From assembly GCA_036172245.1 (NCBI GenBank), contig JAYWIR010000001.1, forward strand, positions 1 to 64,000: a stretch of 64,000 nt of DNA, in the 5' to 3' direction. Both the position numbers and the translations under genes were made by a program. This document shows positions 37,791 to 51,427 of this stretch, in pieces. A model generated the notes under the pieces. The model worked only from the letters and a program-made list of their open reading frames with translations, made no database searches and had not been told where the DNA came from. This DNA is from Raillietiella orientalis. Taxonomy: Eukaryota. Within the stretch, counting starts at the first letter, position 1; each line of letters opens with the position of its first letter.

Positions 37791-39404
37791 AGGTCCACCC
37801 AATATCTGCGCGTTCCGCTGGGGAACATCAGCCCAGTGGAAGTGTGGTCGGACTGCCTTCGGAAGGCTACGAGTGCGCTGAGCCCGTTCCAGCATGGCAG
37901 GTTCCTCCTGTCGGAGCGGGCCGCGATATGGAACACCTTCGTGGCCCCCCTCTTGCGCCCCCTGTTTTTTGTTTGCCCGCGCCCCTACTCGGCGAAGCTC
38001 CAGGCGCACGGCTTGTTGAGGAACGCTCTGTGGGGTCCTGCGAGGTCCAGGATCCGCCTGAAAGACTTGGCAGCTCCGCGTCGGGATGCTGGCTTAGGCA
38101 TCCTGACGCTGGAGAGAATCGAGCTGCAGGTGCAGCTTCGGATGTTGGCCCTGTGCGCCATCCTTTGGTCCACTCCGTGGTGCGCTCCTTCGCGACTGCT
38201 CCTGCGGCGCTGCACCGGCAGCGAAGGACTTCTGTCGCTGCGTCCGCATACGGAGCGCCCCACGACAAGTTTCGGTTTCCCTTTGAAACCGCTTTACCGG
38301 CTCCTGGCAGCCCAGGAATGGATCTCCTGCCGCCCAACGAACTTTCAAGCCTGGCGGTACGAACCGTTGCATGGCTGGGCAAAGCACCAGGATGTTTCCC
38401 TCCTGGAACTCCGTTGCGTTCACCTCTCCCCGTACTGCACGGTGGATGAAGTCTGCAGCAGCCAGGAGAAGTGGACTCGCCTGGCCCTCATTCCCCTCGC
38501 CGACGCACTGTCAGCCCTCAGGGCAAGAGATGACAGCTGCGAACCGGCGAGATGGGAGGTCGCGTGCACCATTGCAGGAACAACACGACCTATTGGCGGC
38601 TGGAGGAATTGCGAGCTGGCAGACGCCGCCACGCCTCGCCACATCTCGGAGGGACTCCTTCGGTGGAGTGAACACTTAAGTGTGCCCCCCGAAGAACTTG
38701 TGGTCCCTCCCTCCTGTTTGAACACTTCTGTGTTCCCCCTTTCGTAGAAGCAGGACGTCATCATGCTGGTGCATTGGGGTTTTCACTCCAACCAGCGGAC
38801 GAATTGTGTTTCCGGGGGAGCTGTCTCCCCAAACTGTAAGCGGTACGGGGAAGTGGAAACGCTCCCGCACCTGCTCCTGGACTGCGGTGCCCTTCTAGGA
38901 CTTTGGCGGAGGCTGACCTCAGCTCTCCTGCACCAGGGGGACATTGCGAGGGACTTGATGCGCCGTTTCTTCACGCCAGGCGGCCTGTCCTTAGGTGCTG
39001 TCAACGCAACGGTCTGTTGCACCCACGACATCGACAAGGCCCACCGACAGTTGGAGAAGCTGGCCATCGTTCGTCAGCTCACCGATTAGCCAGCACAAGC
39101 ATGTCGTTGGCTCACGAGTGAGCATATCTGCCACAGGTCGTAAGGAGAGAGATCGCCGGCATCCATCGCCGGTTTTCAAAGGAAGGAACGGACTCACCAA
39201 AGACCCCTGTCCCCTGGCCTCCGTAGTTTTATTTTTATTTCTTATAGTAGTGTACTTGTGGTCCCCTCCCTCCCGTTCCGGACTTTCGGCATACCGACCT
39301 TCGTGTCGGGGATCCCAACCCCTTCGTATCTTGTTTTCCCCTTTGTCCAGGAACTCTGTTCCCGGATAGTTTTTAATAAACGCCCCGGCGCACCCGGGTG
39401 ATAA
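37790..39404 (+). mobile_element. 5'-truncated A-group element (late RT to 3' end)
   Basis: ORF 37836..38747; ETLPHLLLDC; AATAAA-hairpin 39375-39400. Confidence 0.9.
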
Positions 39405-39500
39405 ACGGCCGTCCTGCGGAGATCCGCTCGATCTCTTGCGCTATTTTCTATAATTGTTTCAAAATCTTGTGTGGAATAAACGGCCGGCGTGACCAGGTGA
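39405..39500 (+). mobile_element. Remnant 3' terminus related to 12870-12944
   Basis: tattttctataattg...ggaataaacggccggcgtgaccaggtga vs tattttgtataattg...ggaataaacgccccggcgtgaccgggtga. Confidence 0.75.
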
Positions 39501-41890
39501 CTAATCTGCTCTTGTTCTGCAGAGATCACGTGCATCTCCTGCAGCAGCTCAAGGTCGTAGGACCCCAGAAGGGCGGCCATGTCTCGTCTCCTGCCGGCGT
39601 CTGTCATGCCGTTCACGTTCCAAACGGCGATGCGCAGACGACGGCGGGAGGAGATTCCCGGCATTACTGCAGGGAAGATGTCGGTGTGGCGGACCCGCCT
39701 TTTCCAAAGCGGGTGAGATGACCATGGGGGTTTCGGCCTCCCCAGGCACCTTAGACGCATGTTCTTTCTCCACCCCCTACATCCCCTCCGTGTCCGCGCG
39801 TGGGAGTCTCTCGGGCAACGAGTTCCAAGATTCTCAAACGCTCATGGCACCCTCGCTTGCGGAAGCCATCTCTTCTTCTTCGGCGGGGGAAAGGGTCTTC
39901 CGGGGTATGCTGGACTTTCGTCCAGCCTTCCTGTGGGGCGCCGCGGAGATGGAAGCTGCGTTTCCGGCCTCAGCCTCGGGGTCGGAAGTTATTGACTCCT
40001 GGGTAGAGGTCGGACGTTTCACGGCCTTCTTGCCGGCCTTGGAAGTTGACGGCTTCAGCGAGGAAGCCAGCACTTCCGCCGCTCGTTCGAAGGCGACGTC
40101 ATCGAGCGCGGCCTCGATGAAGGACGACGACGTCGGTTCGCTTCCCTCCTTGTTGATGAGCCTTGTTCATGACCTTCGTCTGTCCAAAAAACCTTGGAGC
40201 TCATGTGCTGGGCTAGACAAAATCATAAAGTATGTCGTGAAGCGGTCCATCCTCTTCCTCTCAAAAGGATCATCGTACGAATATCTCTATGGAGAAACAA
40301 GGGATTGCTGCCTTGCAGTGATGCGCCTTATCGAGAAAGCGTGCTCGATGACAGGAGATTCCTCCTTCCAACTGCTTACTTGCCCAGATAGCAGAGTTGC
40401 CGACCTAGCAAAGATGACGTTGTCGGACGCTGTGAAGCGATAGCGAACCATGCCCCTCCTGACATTACCCTCATTACCCGTTTTCTCAATGGGTATTGTC
40501 TGGATCCCCTGAATTGCATGAGTGGTGACCCACGCACATTTTGGTCCCCGGTCAGGGAAGCATCCAAACATCCACCTATCGGATCAGGTTCTGAGGAGAA
40601 CTGCATCACCATTTCCGTCCACTCTACTACTGCTGAATTCCCCAAAATTCTTTCGGCTTCACATAGGAGGCAAATGGCAGGAAACATTCGCTATTTCTAA
40701 GAGACGAAAGATGCAAATCTCTCTTTGCGAAGCCTGATCAGGGAAGAATAATGGAATGCGTTAGCCTTCATCCCACGTCCATGTCCTTCCTATCGCTGTC
40801 TGGTGGTATAAGATTTTCTCATTAACGATTTATCCACAGAGCACGATTAAACCAGTTAGTGCTGAACGGAAGTCGTCGACGTCCCACGACTCATCGTAAC
40901 GTGCCGTTTCTGCGGATATGAAAAAGAAACACTTGCGCATGTATTGTGCCATTGTCCATGCCATTTCAGCTCCTCCATTACCAAAAGGCACGACTAGCGG
41001 ATTGGATTTTTTCGTTACTATCCCCTTCGTGGCCAATTTCGTCTCAGGTCAAGAGAATCGAGACAGTAGACTCTTTCCTGCGTCCCGACATCTTCTTGCA
41101 TCCACTACAGCGATCATCATAGATATCATCGTTCCCTTCGAGAATCATCCCGTTGCATTCAGCTCAGCACTACAAAATTCCTTAAACGTCTTCAATGACG
41201 CTATTGTGATTAATGCTCTAGGAAGCTGGGACTCCATCAATGGCAATGTACTGAAATCCCAAGGAGTGAACAGCCACACCCTAAGAGATGTGGCAGCTCA
41301 TTTAGCTACGCCACTATTCCAGAGATATTCACCGGAAAACTTGCTGCCTCCAAACCTTCCTGAAGCTTCGATTTCCTCCCACATCCATGCTGTCCAAGAA
41401 CGGACCCCTTTAATTCTGCATGATGAAAATCCCAATGATTTCAGTACCCTACTTGGACAAGGCGTAGCCATCCTAGCTACACTTTGAGTTCCCTCCTCGT
41501 GGTTAAACACTTTTCTCTTTGACTATAACAGTGCCAGTGTTCCCCAATCCTAACAAAATAACAGTGAACGTAATGGCACTAGACTCTTGATGCAAAACAA
41601 AAAAAATTAATTAAATATTAATCAAATACAGATCTAAGTATATCTTAATACATATGTTCGAAACTTTTACATTCTTACCCAATATTTCTCTGTTCGAGAG
41701 AAAGCATGTATTTTAAATGCGAAAAGAGAAACATGTGAAAAAAAAAATGAATATGTCCACTGAGGGTTGCTCCACGGTAGCGGCGAGTTCTTCCTCGCAG
41801 CATTCGGGAACGTCGGGAACGCGCTCTTCGACAACGCTGCACTGACGTGCCCTGCGTTGCTCCTCGAGCGCGATTCCTTTCCGTCTTCTT
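39501..41890 (-). mobile_element. A-group ORF1 tail and APE start (39501-40157 and 41755-41890), split by the RLE element
   Basis: Both pieces align consecutively to ~12950-13640; AVWNVNG...YDLELLQEMHVIS. Confidence 0.82.
40158..41750 (+). mobile_element. Decayed 5'-truncated RLE-type non-LTR retrotransposon (NeSL/Utopia-like)
   Basis: EYLYG...FQLLTCPD (40200-40440); RFIHRARLN (~40826); CRFCGYEKETLAHVLCHC (~40902); KRHD; IIDIIVPFEN...ALGSWD (41110-41235). Confidence 0.8.
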
Positions 41891-44800
41891 TGTGTGAGGT
41901 GTGCTCGCGTGCGTCCACTCGGATGTCCACGGCCCCCGTGCATGAAGGGGATGGGTGTTTCTACCCCTGATGCTCGGCCCGCCTCTGATGGTTCGGTCTC
42001 GCCACCGGCGAGACGCTTCGCCTCCATCGTCAAGGCGGCTGCAGCAAACGGAGCACCGCCCGACGAAGCGGGGATGCAGGCATTTGCAGCCCATGGCTAC
42101 AAGCCTGCTCTCTGCTATCCGGTTTGTGCTGCTGTCTCCGACGGGGTCGGAGAAAATCTATGGGCCTATCTCGAACGCGTCGGTGTCAGGCAGGAAGACC
42201 TCTTGGCTGTGATGCCTGTGAACGCGCTTGGACACTGGGAGGTGCACTGCAAAGAGGCAGCCCTAGTCCAGCGCCTTCTTGGTACCCCGCTAAACATACG
42301 CGGGAAGGAGGTCGTCCCGTCGGCCATGGACCAGTCGTTCGTGGTCCGATTGTCCGCCGTCCAGGTGGACAATCCCGATCGCGTTCTCGTCGGTGCACTG
42401 AGTGCATTCGCCACGGTGCACGCGCTGTGGAGGGCAGAGAATCCGATTAAAAGGATTGCATCTCTCCACAGCGGACTCGCCATGGCGCGAGTGACCATGG
42501 CGGATCGGAGGCAAATGCCTCCGCACTTGCAGATGGGCGATGCGATCGTCCACCTTAAATTTGCCGGTCAGCGACCGGCTTGCGGCATTTGCGGTGCAGA
42601 GGGCCACCGTCCGTGGACGTGCCCTTCACGCAACTGCCGCTATTGTAAACAGCTCGGCCACTTCATCAAAGAGTGCGCCGAGCTGAAGCGAAAACGGCAG
42701 CCGAGGAATCGCCTCCAGCAGACGCCGGCCACCCGAAAACTTCGTCCGCTGCGCCCGGGAAGAAATCGGGCGCGAATGACGCTGCTGCAGCGAGCGACGG
42801 CCCTGCGAAAAAGGGCGTGGTTGCTCGAGGGAAGGCACAGTCCTAGACATCCGCGCAGACGGGGAAGATTGCCACGTCGCTCTGGGGGCAAAGCGTCCCT
42901 CGCGGAGCAGCCTAAGAGTGCACACACGCACTCAACGAAGGCTGCTGGGTCGTCCTCGGCCGGAAAACACGGGAAACCGTGCGCGGACAGCCTCAGAACT
43001 GCCTCTGAACGGCCGTGCCTCCCTAAGTGCGAGGAGAGCACTCCGTCCACGGCGAAAGCACCGGCAGTGAAGGCTGCAATAGCGCATGGCGCGATGGCGG
43101 CAATGACCGCCGTTTCGCCCGCACCAGCGAAGGAGCAGGTGAAGCGGGCAACGCCTTCTCTCGTCGCGAGAGCGAAACCTGAGCCGGTAGCTCCGGACAA
43201 ACAGGCGAGGAAGGCGTCGTCCTCCCAGCATGGCGTTCCCAAGGACAGCGACGCGGTCTGAACTCGGGTCGCCAGCACGCCCATAAAGGGGAAGAAGAAG
43301 GTAGATCCTTCGCAATTCCTCATTTTTAAGGTAGGTGGCAGGAGCGAAGCACGCCGCAGAAGGTGCGAATCCAGGTTTGCACTACGGCTGCGTACTCTGT
43401 CTCTGTCGCTTCGCGCGAGAGGGCCGCTGCAGAAGCCAGAGCGCCGGGATCTGAGGAAGCGGTCCTGGCCCCTGCTCCGACCCCGAGGCGATGATTGTCG
43501 GCTCCCAGGACTTAGCTGCGTACGATGCGGCGGTGAACGGGAGCGAGTCGGCTTCCCAATCCGCGGTGCTGCCAGCTGACTTCTCGCAGGACGGGGCGAG
43601 GAGCACGCCGACATGTCCTCAGCAGTAATACGCCCGTCGTTACGCGAGCACCACCAACGTTCGTCGCCTGGCCGAGTACCGAGCCGGGGCTGAGCGCCAA
43701 GCCTGGCAGTCCGGGGCGCCCACCATGCTGGACGACCAGGACCGGGAACACTCCGCCCCGGCCGCGATTCGACACATGCTGAGGGAATTTTATTCCTCCC
43801 TATATGCCAGGGCGCCTCCCGAGCGGGACACCTCGCGACTGCTACTCCCGGACGGAACCTCGGCAATAGGGGAGGGGGAGAGGGAAAGCATAAACGAGCC
43901 TTTTACGATCGGTGAAATCATCACCGCGATAAAAAGGCTCAAGAGGCGGAAGGCAGCAGGGAAGGACGGCCTGCCCACGGAATTTTTTCAAGCTTCGTGG
44001 CAGAGATGACCCCCTTGGTGCTTAGGTTGACACAGCTGATCCGGGAAGAAGGCGATGTTCCCGCCTCGTTCCGGTCAGCTAGGATGAGGCTCCTTCCTAA
44101 GTGAGGAGACCTCCGTAAGTTGAACAGCTGGCGTCCGATCACGGTCGTCAACACGGACGTCAAGTTGGTCGCGAAACTGTGGGCTGCGCGGCTCGGACAG
44201 GTAGCCGAATCCGTAATTAGCCCGGAGCAGACTTACGCTGTTCCCATGCGAAGTATGGAGGCTAACCTGTTCTTCGCCATTCCATGGTTTCATGTGCAAG
44301 GCGAAGTTAAAGAGCGGAAGAAATCTGACTTCAACCCCTATTTGAGGGTGACCGCTGGTCAGGGTGGGGACAGCCGAGCGGGAAAGGGTGCCCGAGCGAT
44401 CGCAGTCGATCTCCATAAGGCGTTCGACTGCGTGGACCACGTGCTTTTCCTGGAGCTCCTGGATCGCATGGGCTTCCCACCTACCTTAACTGCGTACCTG
44501 CGCTCCTGCTGGCGCGCCGCGCTGACGAACATTTCTTTCAGAGTACAAAACGTGTACGGCGTGCCGGTGCGCCGCGGGATACCGCAGGGCTATAGCCTCA
44601 ATCCCCTGCTCTTTAGAACCTACATCGAGTTGGTGCTGAGAGCGCACAGGACTACTTTGGCTGCCTTGCCAAGCTCCTTCCCCGGCACGCCTGCCGTGTC
44701 GCCATATACCGACGATCTGCTGCTCCTGCTCCCACTGTCCGCCCCGGCAACGGCAGTCGAATATTTCTTCGATCTGCTAAGCTGTGGGATGGATCTCCGG

Positions 44801-46090
44801 GTAAAATCGTCGGTGGTGGCAGTTGGAGCGACGTGGGTAGGACGGCCTGATCTGATCCGCATGGGTATCCCAACGGGCGGGTATTTGAAGTACCTTGGCG
44901 TTCCGCTGGGCGACTTTCGCCCGTCAGAAGCCTGGTCAGGCCGTCTCCAGAAAGTGAAGTTGGCGATCGGCCCGTTCCTGGAAGTACGCGGTATGGAACG
45001 CGTTTGCGGCTCCCATCCTTCGCCCCCTACTTTTTGTTTGCCCCGTCCCAGTGGAAATAAAAAAGAGGACAAAGGATCTCCTGCGCATCGCCCTTTGGGG
45101 CAAGGGGAGGCCCCGAGTCCCTTTGATGGACTTGTGCGCTCCGCGTCGAGATGGTGGTCCAGGCCTCCTGACGCTGGAGCGCATGGAAATTCAACTGCGA
45201 TGGCGAACCTTGGCCATCGCAGCGGAGTTGTGGAGCACCCCTTGGTGTGTTCCGGCCCGCCTCCTCGCCAGACATGTATCCGGAACGGGAGGACTTGCAT
45301 CTCATCTTTTATGTCGTGGAAGGAAGATAGGAAGATGAGGCCTTCTTCTCGGACGAATAGCCACCCAGGCGAAGGAGAATGCGTGGATGATCTGCAGCTC
45401 CGTCAACTCAAGCGCATGGCTGGAAGAAACGGCAGTTGGCACGTGGGCGGTACTGAATCAGAGGAGCCATGAGACGTGGAATAGCGTGCGACGCGGCCGA
45501 TACGCCCGCTGCACTTTACGCAAGATCCTGGAGTGTCCAGCCAGGAGCACGTGAGCAGGGACGACCTGCCTAGCGACGGTGGTGCCCTTCCTACGTAGGG
45601 CCCTCATCAGCAGCCGGACGCCGACGTGGCAAGTCTGTTGCCGTATCGCAGGCAGGGAAAAGTTGATGAGCGGTTGGACCATGGGACTGCTGGCAGACGA
45701 CACAACCCAGAGCGTCCTTCCGCAAGGACTCGAAAAATTGGGCGAGCTACTCGGCATCACGACGGACGACCTGAAGTGGCCTCCAGTGATAACCGGAAGA
45801 AGGATCCTTCCCCTAAAATGGCAGGAGTTGACGCTTATGCTGTTGCACTGGGGGCTCCCCTGCAACGCGCGCCGCCACCACTGGACACGGGGACGAGTGA
45901 ATCCAAAATGTGCCAGGTGTGGGGAGCGTGAATCCCTTCCGCACCTCTTAGTTGACTGCGCTGCCCTCCGGCTTCTTTGAGAACGCTTGGGTACGACCCC
46001 AGGGATCGTGGAAGGTAGCCCTCCCAGAGACGTTTTTCGGCTTTTCTCCGTGAGGGACGCCCTGCAGCCAGCCGCTATCGTAGCAACGCT
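41890..46090 (+). mobile_element. A-group element: ORF1 plus internally deleted, disrupted ORF2 (most of APE missing)
   Basis: CGICGAEGHRPWTC, CRYCKQLGHFIKEC; WRPITVVNTDVK, DLHKAFD, YTDD, CARCGERESLPHLLVDC. Confidence 0.9.
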
Positions 46091-48099
46091 CGATCAACAT
46101 TGCTTTTCATTTCTTCTCTACGCTGGCGGCTCCTTTCCTCCTTACGCACATGCTTTATCTATTTACTTTTCATTTGCCACCTGGCTAGCATGTTTTCCCA
46201 CGCCGATCCTTTCCACATTCCTTACGTGTGCATTCCAGGAATCCATTTCCTCATGAGAACTGTCCGTCATTCATGTGAAAACTCAGCACGACTTGGCTGC
46301 AATGCACAGTTTCCAGATGTGTACTTTCAGACGCAGTGAGCGCATCAATGAACGAGAAATGGGGAAACCTGACGCAAAAAGATGAACCGACTCTCCAGCG
46401 GAATCGCTTACAGGAAGCGACCGAGATGCCCTCTAGCGGAAACTCAATTGGGAAGCATAGTACGTGAGAGGGCTACGTGTGTACACGTGGTCCGTGTAGT
46501 GCACCGCAAACACCCTCCTGCCGGACACACTGGCAGAATGAGCGCCACTGCTGGAGACACCTCGCTCTGCAGATGACACCCTCACGACGCCGTCTGGAAT
46601 GCGCGACAAATGGGAGCACAATCGCGGGAAGCTCCAAGCATCCAGACGGTTGTTTGCTTCCCTTCTTCTCTGCTGCCGATGAAGTTTCTTCATGGCTTGC
46701 AAAATAGCTTCGTGCTCTCCAGAAGTACGCATCCACGACACCAGAAGAGCTGCGGAGCATCAGGAATACCGAAAGTGTTCCTCCTGCACTTTCTGCTCCC
46801 TCAAAGTAAAGAACCGAGTCCTGGGGCAAATCCTCAGTCTCCATCACTCGTGGGGAGGCGAACCAAGGAAGGCACCAGCTATCCGCAGTAATGGGAAAAA
46901 CAGAGAAGATAGCGAGAAGAGGGATCCAGGAGCTGAGACTGCGTGCAAGAGCACGAAGAGGAAGAGGCGCGCAAGACGACAAATGGCAGAGCACCAAGGT
47001 AGGATGAGAGCTGCAGGAATGAAGACGGCAAGTAGACGAAGAGAGCAAGGGTTGTAATTTTGGCAGAGGGGCAGGGAGCGCAAAAGACGATCCACGTAGG
47101 TTCGGACGAAGAGAAGGACGGATGGACGGGAAAAGCCTTATTCGAGAGTTCCGTTGACGAGAGGTGGCGGTGATTTTCTTTTCGCTCCATCCACCTTCTC
47201 GGATGGAAATCCCGTGTCACCGCCACGACCGCGAAAACGAGCCGCCCGAAAATCGCAGTTTCCACGAGTGAGACGGGGCCTGTCCTAAGAGGTTTCCTAG
47301 GATACGCATCGTGCAAAGAAAAAAAAAGACACAAGACCATCCCTGCAAACAAAGTCCATCCCGTCGAGTGTTGCTCATTTATCCGCCAGCTTCGGGATGC
47401 CAACCGGAAAAACGTGGCTCGTCTGCAGTCTTGCAGCCGCAGCCGGCATCTGGTTTTACAGGAAGGAGGTGGGAGCCCGTTAACTGACGGCGCAGGGACT
47501 CTAACATTCCTGTTTCTGATTGCAGCTGAGAAATCTCATCGGGCGTTGCACACGCAAGAGTTCGGATGCCGAATCCAAGGATCGGAAGGAAGAGGACTGC
47601 GCGGTTTCGGGGGGCACCACGAGTCCATCCTCGATCCTGTGTGGGCATTCCGGGGAATGCCCGCGCGCTTCCGAGCCACCGCTGATCGTGGTGTGGGTAA
47701 GCTGAGGGATTTGTTCCTCGGATGATGACACTTCTATTTCCAGCAATCGGAGGCGTGGGGCACGATGAATACCGGTCTGTAATAACATCATCTGGACGGA
47801 CGGGGGGCCGTTGCAGAGAAATACAGCCAACCCCGGAGGGAACCTTGTTGTCTTTTAGTAAACGGGACTGCTACAAGGGAGGGAGTGGAGGAGGGAGGCC
47901 AATTGGAGATAATCAGGAGGAGGGAAACGAGTGTCTGCAGACGGAGAGACGGCGGAAGAGTCGAGCATGGGCGTAGGATTGCATGAGTGAAGAAAACTTC
48001 TGGCTAAGGAATCAAAGGGATGAGGCTGTGTTAGCGATTGACCAACTGAAGAACGTGAGCAGAGATGATGAGTGGGAATCCTAGCAGCGTTACGGAGAA

Positions 48100-51000
48100 G
48101 AAATTATCGTGAAGAAGTAGGTGGTGTTTCCTAGTTACTGTGGGATGGTGTGCGTGCATGGTTACGCCTCCTGTTCGATGCATTGTTGCTTTTCAACAGA
48201 CTGCCTCGTTTGGAGAAGGCGCGAAAAAAATTGGTGTTCCTCTTGTGATTAACCACCGCCTTATAGATCTCTGCACATTTGCCATGCGGTCTCTGTTTCA
48301 AAGCAAGTCCTCGCAACGGACATCGCCATCGTGGTGGGAGTTCTGAACATTTTGGATACTATGACCCATTCGTAGCTCGCGCGGATTAAAATCGCCTCTC
48401 GTAGGCTGTTTCTCGAATTAGGTCTTGTGTGTATTACGGCGAGCCACAAACCTGCGCACTACGTTCTTCTTGGTCCATGATATCGCGTTTTGTGTATAAG
48501 GCTTCCGAGGCATGCCTTCTTTGTCTTTGGATTACATTCTTCTACGGTTCTCGCTGGGAATTTAAATTTTCGGTGCAGCGCTGGTGCGAGAGCTGTGTTC
48601 TGCATGCCCACCATGTTCGAGACGCATTTCTGTCACCTGGATCTCCTCGAGTCGATTCTGCGTGGCGCCGCCATGCACAGTGTTGCCAACCACCGCAGTC
48701 TGATGCGGAACATCCATCTGCGCAGAAACCTGAAGTTCCTCCACAGGAAGATGAGTCTAGAAGTTGAATATTCAAGAGTTTTCCTTTTCGAAGCCTTGAG
48801 AACTATACGAGACACGGTTCTTTTTCAGGAACGAGATGAGGTAGTTTGGCGTGCTGGGGAATTGGAACATCGCCTCCGATGTCCTCTGCATCCATTAGGA
48901 AGAACAAGTCCGGCACAATTCGAAAGGAATAGCAGTAGGTTTCCACCACGACTACGTCTCGCACTTCCGACGTCATGATGTGTGCCTGACGGAGCAGCGT
49001 AACTTTCTTCGTTTCCTGCATAAATTACTGAACTCTTAACAACGAAAAGAAGATTTTTAGAGGAAAATCTTAGCCTATGAAGTGAAGAGATCGTTCATGG
49101 AAGGCGCAAGGACTTGGCGGCCGGTCCCGATGGTTCTCCCATCCCTCACTATCAGTGCTATCTTCACGCCTATCTGTGTTTATGCTATCAGCTGACGCTC
49201 ACCATCAAAGAGGAAGGAAGGCCTTCTCCATCGTTTCATCAGGACAGGATGAGGCTACTGCTGCAATGAGGTGACCTGACGTAGGTAACTTAATGCTGAC
49301 TCATCTCCTTCCTGAACGCGGATGGCAAGTGGTTGGCAAGGATCAGTGAGAATATGGAGCATACATCATGGCCAGTTGCTCAAGCAAGACGATGTCATCG
49401 GTCGTTTCTCTGTCTCAGGCATTCGCGGTGTGTGGGCGCTGCATGTCTGCGTTTGTGAAGCGTGCCCAGGACGCCTCCGGGTACTGCCGATTCGTCGGCG
49501 AAAACGTGGTGCCTTGTCTCACAGATATGTTGAAAACTTTTGACGCAGTGAATCACGGGATGCTCCTTTAGATCTTAAGGAAACTTCACTTCCCATTCTG
49601 CTTTAGACGGTACGTGGAGTAGATACTTGAGAAGCAGGAGGTCAAGATCTCGACCAACGATATGGAGGCGGCAGCTTTTCAGTTGTATAGCGGAGTCCGT
49701 TAAGGCGACGTGCTCAGTCCGATTCTGTTCGTGTTGTACATGGAGGCGGTGTGGATGCTCTTCGAACGTGGCGGCTGCTCCCAGGGAATCTGTATCGATG
49801 ACCAACGGCTGACTCAGTTTGCGTACTAAGGCGATCTCCTGCTCTCCCTGAAGGAGGAGAGGGATCAGCGTGCTTTCCTTGGTGTAGTGGATTCTTTGAG
49901 AAAGGATGGGACCTGAAAATCAGTGCTCGGAAAAGTCGCCTGTTGCCCATCGGAATTTTGGGCCTATTCGCACTAACGGAGGAAGGATTCGGAGTTGGAG
50001 AAGTGAGTTACCTTGATATGCACCTTGCCGATGCCTGATCATCGCCGAATCTGTGGGAAAAATTCCTGCATCAAATCCAAGAGACTACCAAATTCACCCG
50101 GGTCTACTTTAATATGAAGCGGATGGTCACCTTGTTGAATGGCGTTCTACTTCCCAAGGTGCTCTACGGAGCCGCCTTCTGCTTCGACTAGAAGACCCGA
50201 GTGGAAATCAGAAAACTACAAAGGAAGATCTTGTGGAGAGAATTGAAGCCGAGGGTCAGGCCCAACCTTTTGTGCTGTCCTCGAGAGGAAGGTGGGACCG
50301 GCATGAAGCCGTTAGAACACTCCGTGGAAACCATGGACGCGTGGCGATTTCTGCGACTCACCGAAACGGGGTGAGTGGCCTTTCGCGGCTCACAGAGCCT
50401 ACTCGAAGTTGCTGAACAGCTCGAGAGGCCTAATGGTTGCCCTGATAGGCTCAACTGGAGAGTGGGTGAACATCGATCTTACATGGAGCAGGAAACTGGC
50501 ACTGGTGAGGCTTCACCAATTCAAGATCATACCTAGAAGTAAAGAAATTTGTAATGAAGAAATAGCGCTGGTGATACCCTATTTTGTCCCCGTTCCGAGG
50601 AAGACGTCAACGTGGATGCACCTTAGGCCAAAGTTAAAAATCGAGGATCGGGAACAGTTCGCCACCAGTGGCAATCGTCGCCAGGCACTACGGTTTCGCT
50701 ACAGAATTGAAATGAAAGTCAAGTTCAGCTACAGAACGCGGGAACTTTGGGAACATCTGCCACATCAAGGGTGGACATTGATGACCAATGCCATTATAAG
50801 TGAAGAAACATGAAGAAACATCAAGATGACGTTGCCCTCAATGTAGTTTCGAGCCGCTACGGACTTGCACATGTAAACGTGGAGGCGGTCGGAGCTGCAC
50901 TCTGGATTAGTGATCTTCCCCCAGACACCCAGGTCGTCCTCCTGTTGTTCTATCGCAGTGGGTTCCTGATTGTATCTATATTACAACACTGTACGGGAAA

Positions 51001-51427
51001 CACTGAACTCTGCAAGACGTGTAGAGTCGAAGAAACGCAGCTCCATGTGTTCACCTGTCTTACGCTCCTACCTGATTGGAAAGCAGTGAAGGTAGTGACC
51101 GGCATGCAGAGCATCACAAAGATAGAAATCCTGGAAGGTTTGTTTCGGGAGAGTGGAAATTTACCCCAGTACAACCCGATGGTGCGAACCACGCTTGCCC
51201 TCTTTATCATAGCAATTGTGATAAGAGCAAAGATGCAGAAGCCGCGACAAGGTACACCGGCTTTAGAAGTCTTGAAAGGATATACACAAGAAGAGATAAG
51301 GATCAGGAATTTCGGAAGTGTCTCCCCCTCCTGGACGTATCGTTACATCCTAAAGGCAGTTGACGATTACTTCCAGACAAACAGAACCATTCCCCATCCA
51401 CCTTTGACAAAGATGCGATTGGAATGA
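48100..51427 (+). mobile_element. Old, heavily decayed family-B-related ORF2
   Basis: MPTMFETHFCHLDLLESILR resembles MPSWFETHPGHLEVLETILR; TDMLKTFD; NGVLLPKVL; ORF 50810..51427 PQYNPMVRTTLALFI matches the B C-terminus. Confidence 0.85.

Noticed and set aside
41676-41683. TTACCCAA resembling part of nematode SL1 near the RLE element
   Set aside because: Only 8 nt, with no adjacent splice donor or SL RNA structure.
42640-43866. Long antisense ORFs (408 aa here, also 7535..8200 and similar)
   Set aside because: Shadow frames of GC-rich element ORFs with no recognisable domains.
299-45980. Many TGG>TGA/TAG stops suggesting deaminase editing
   Set aside because: Trp codons are the ordinary transition route to stops; no count against background is possible here.
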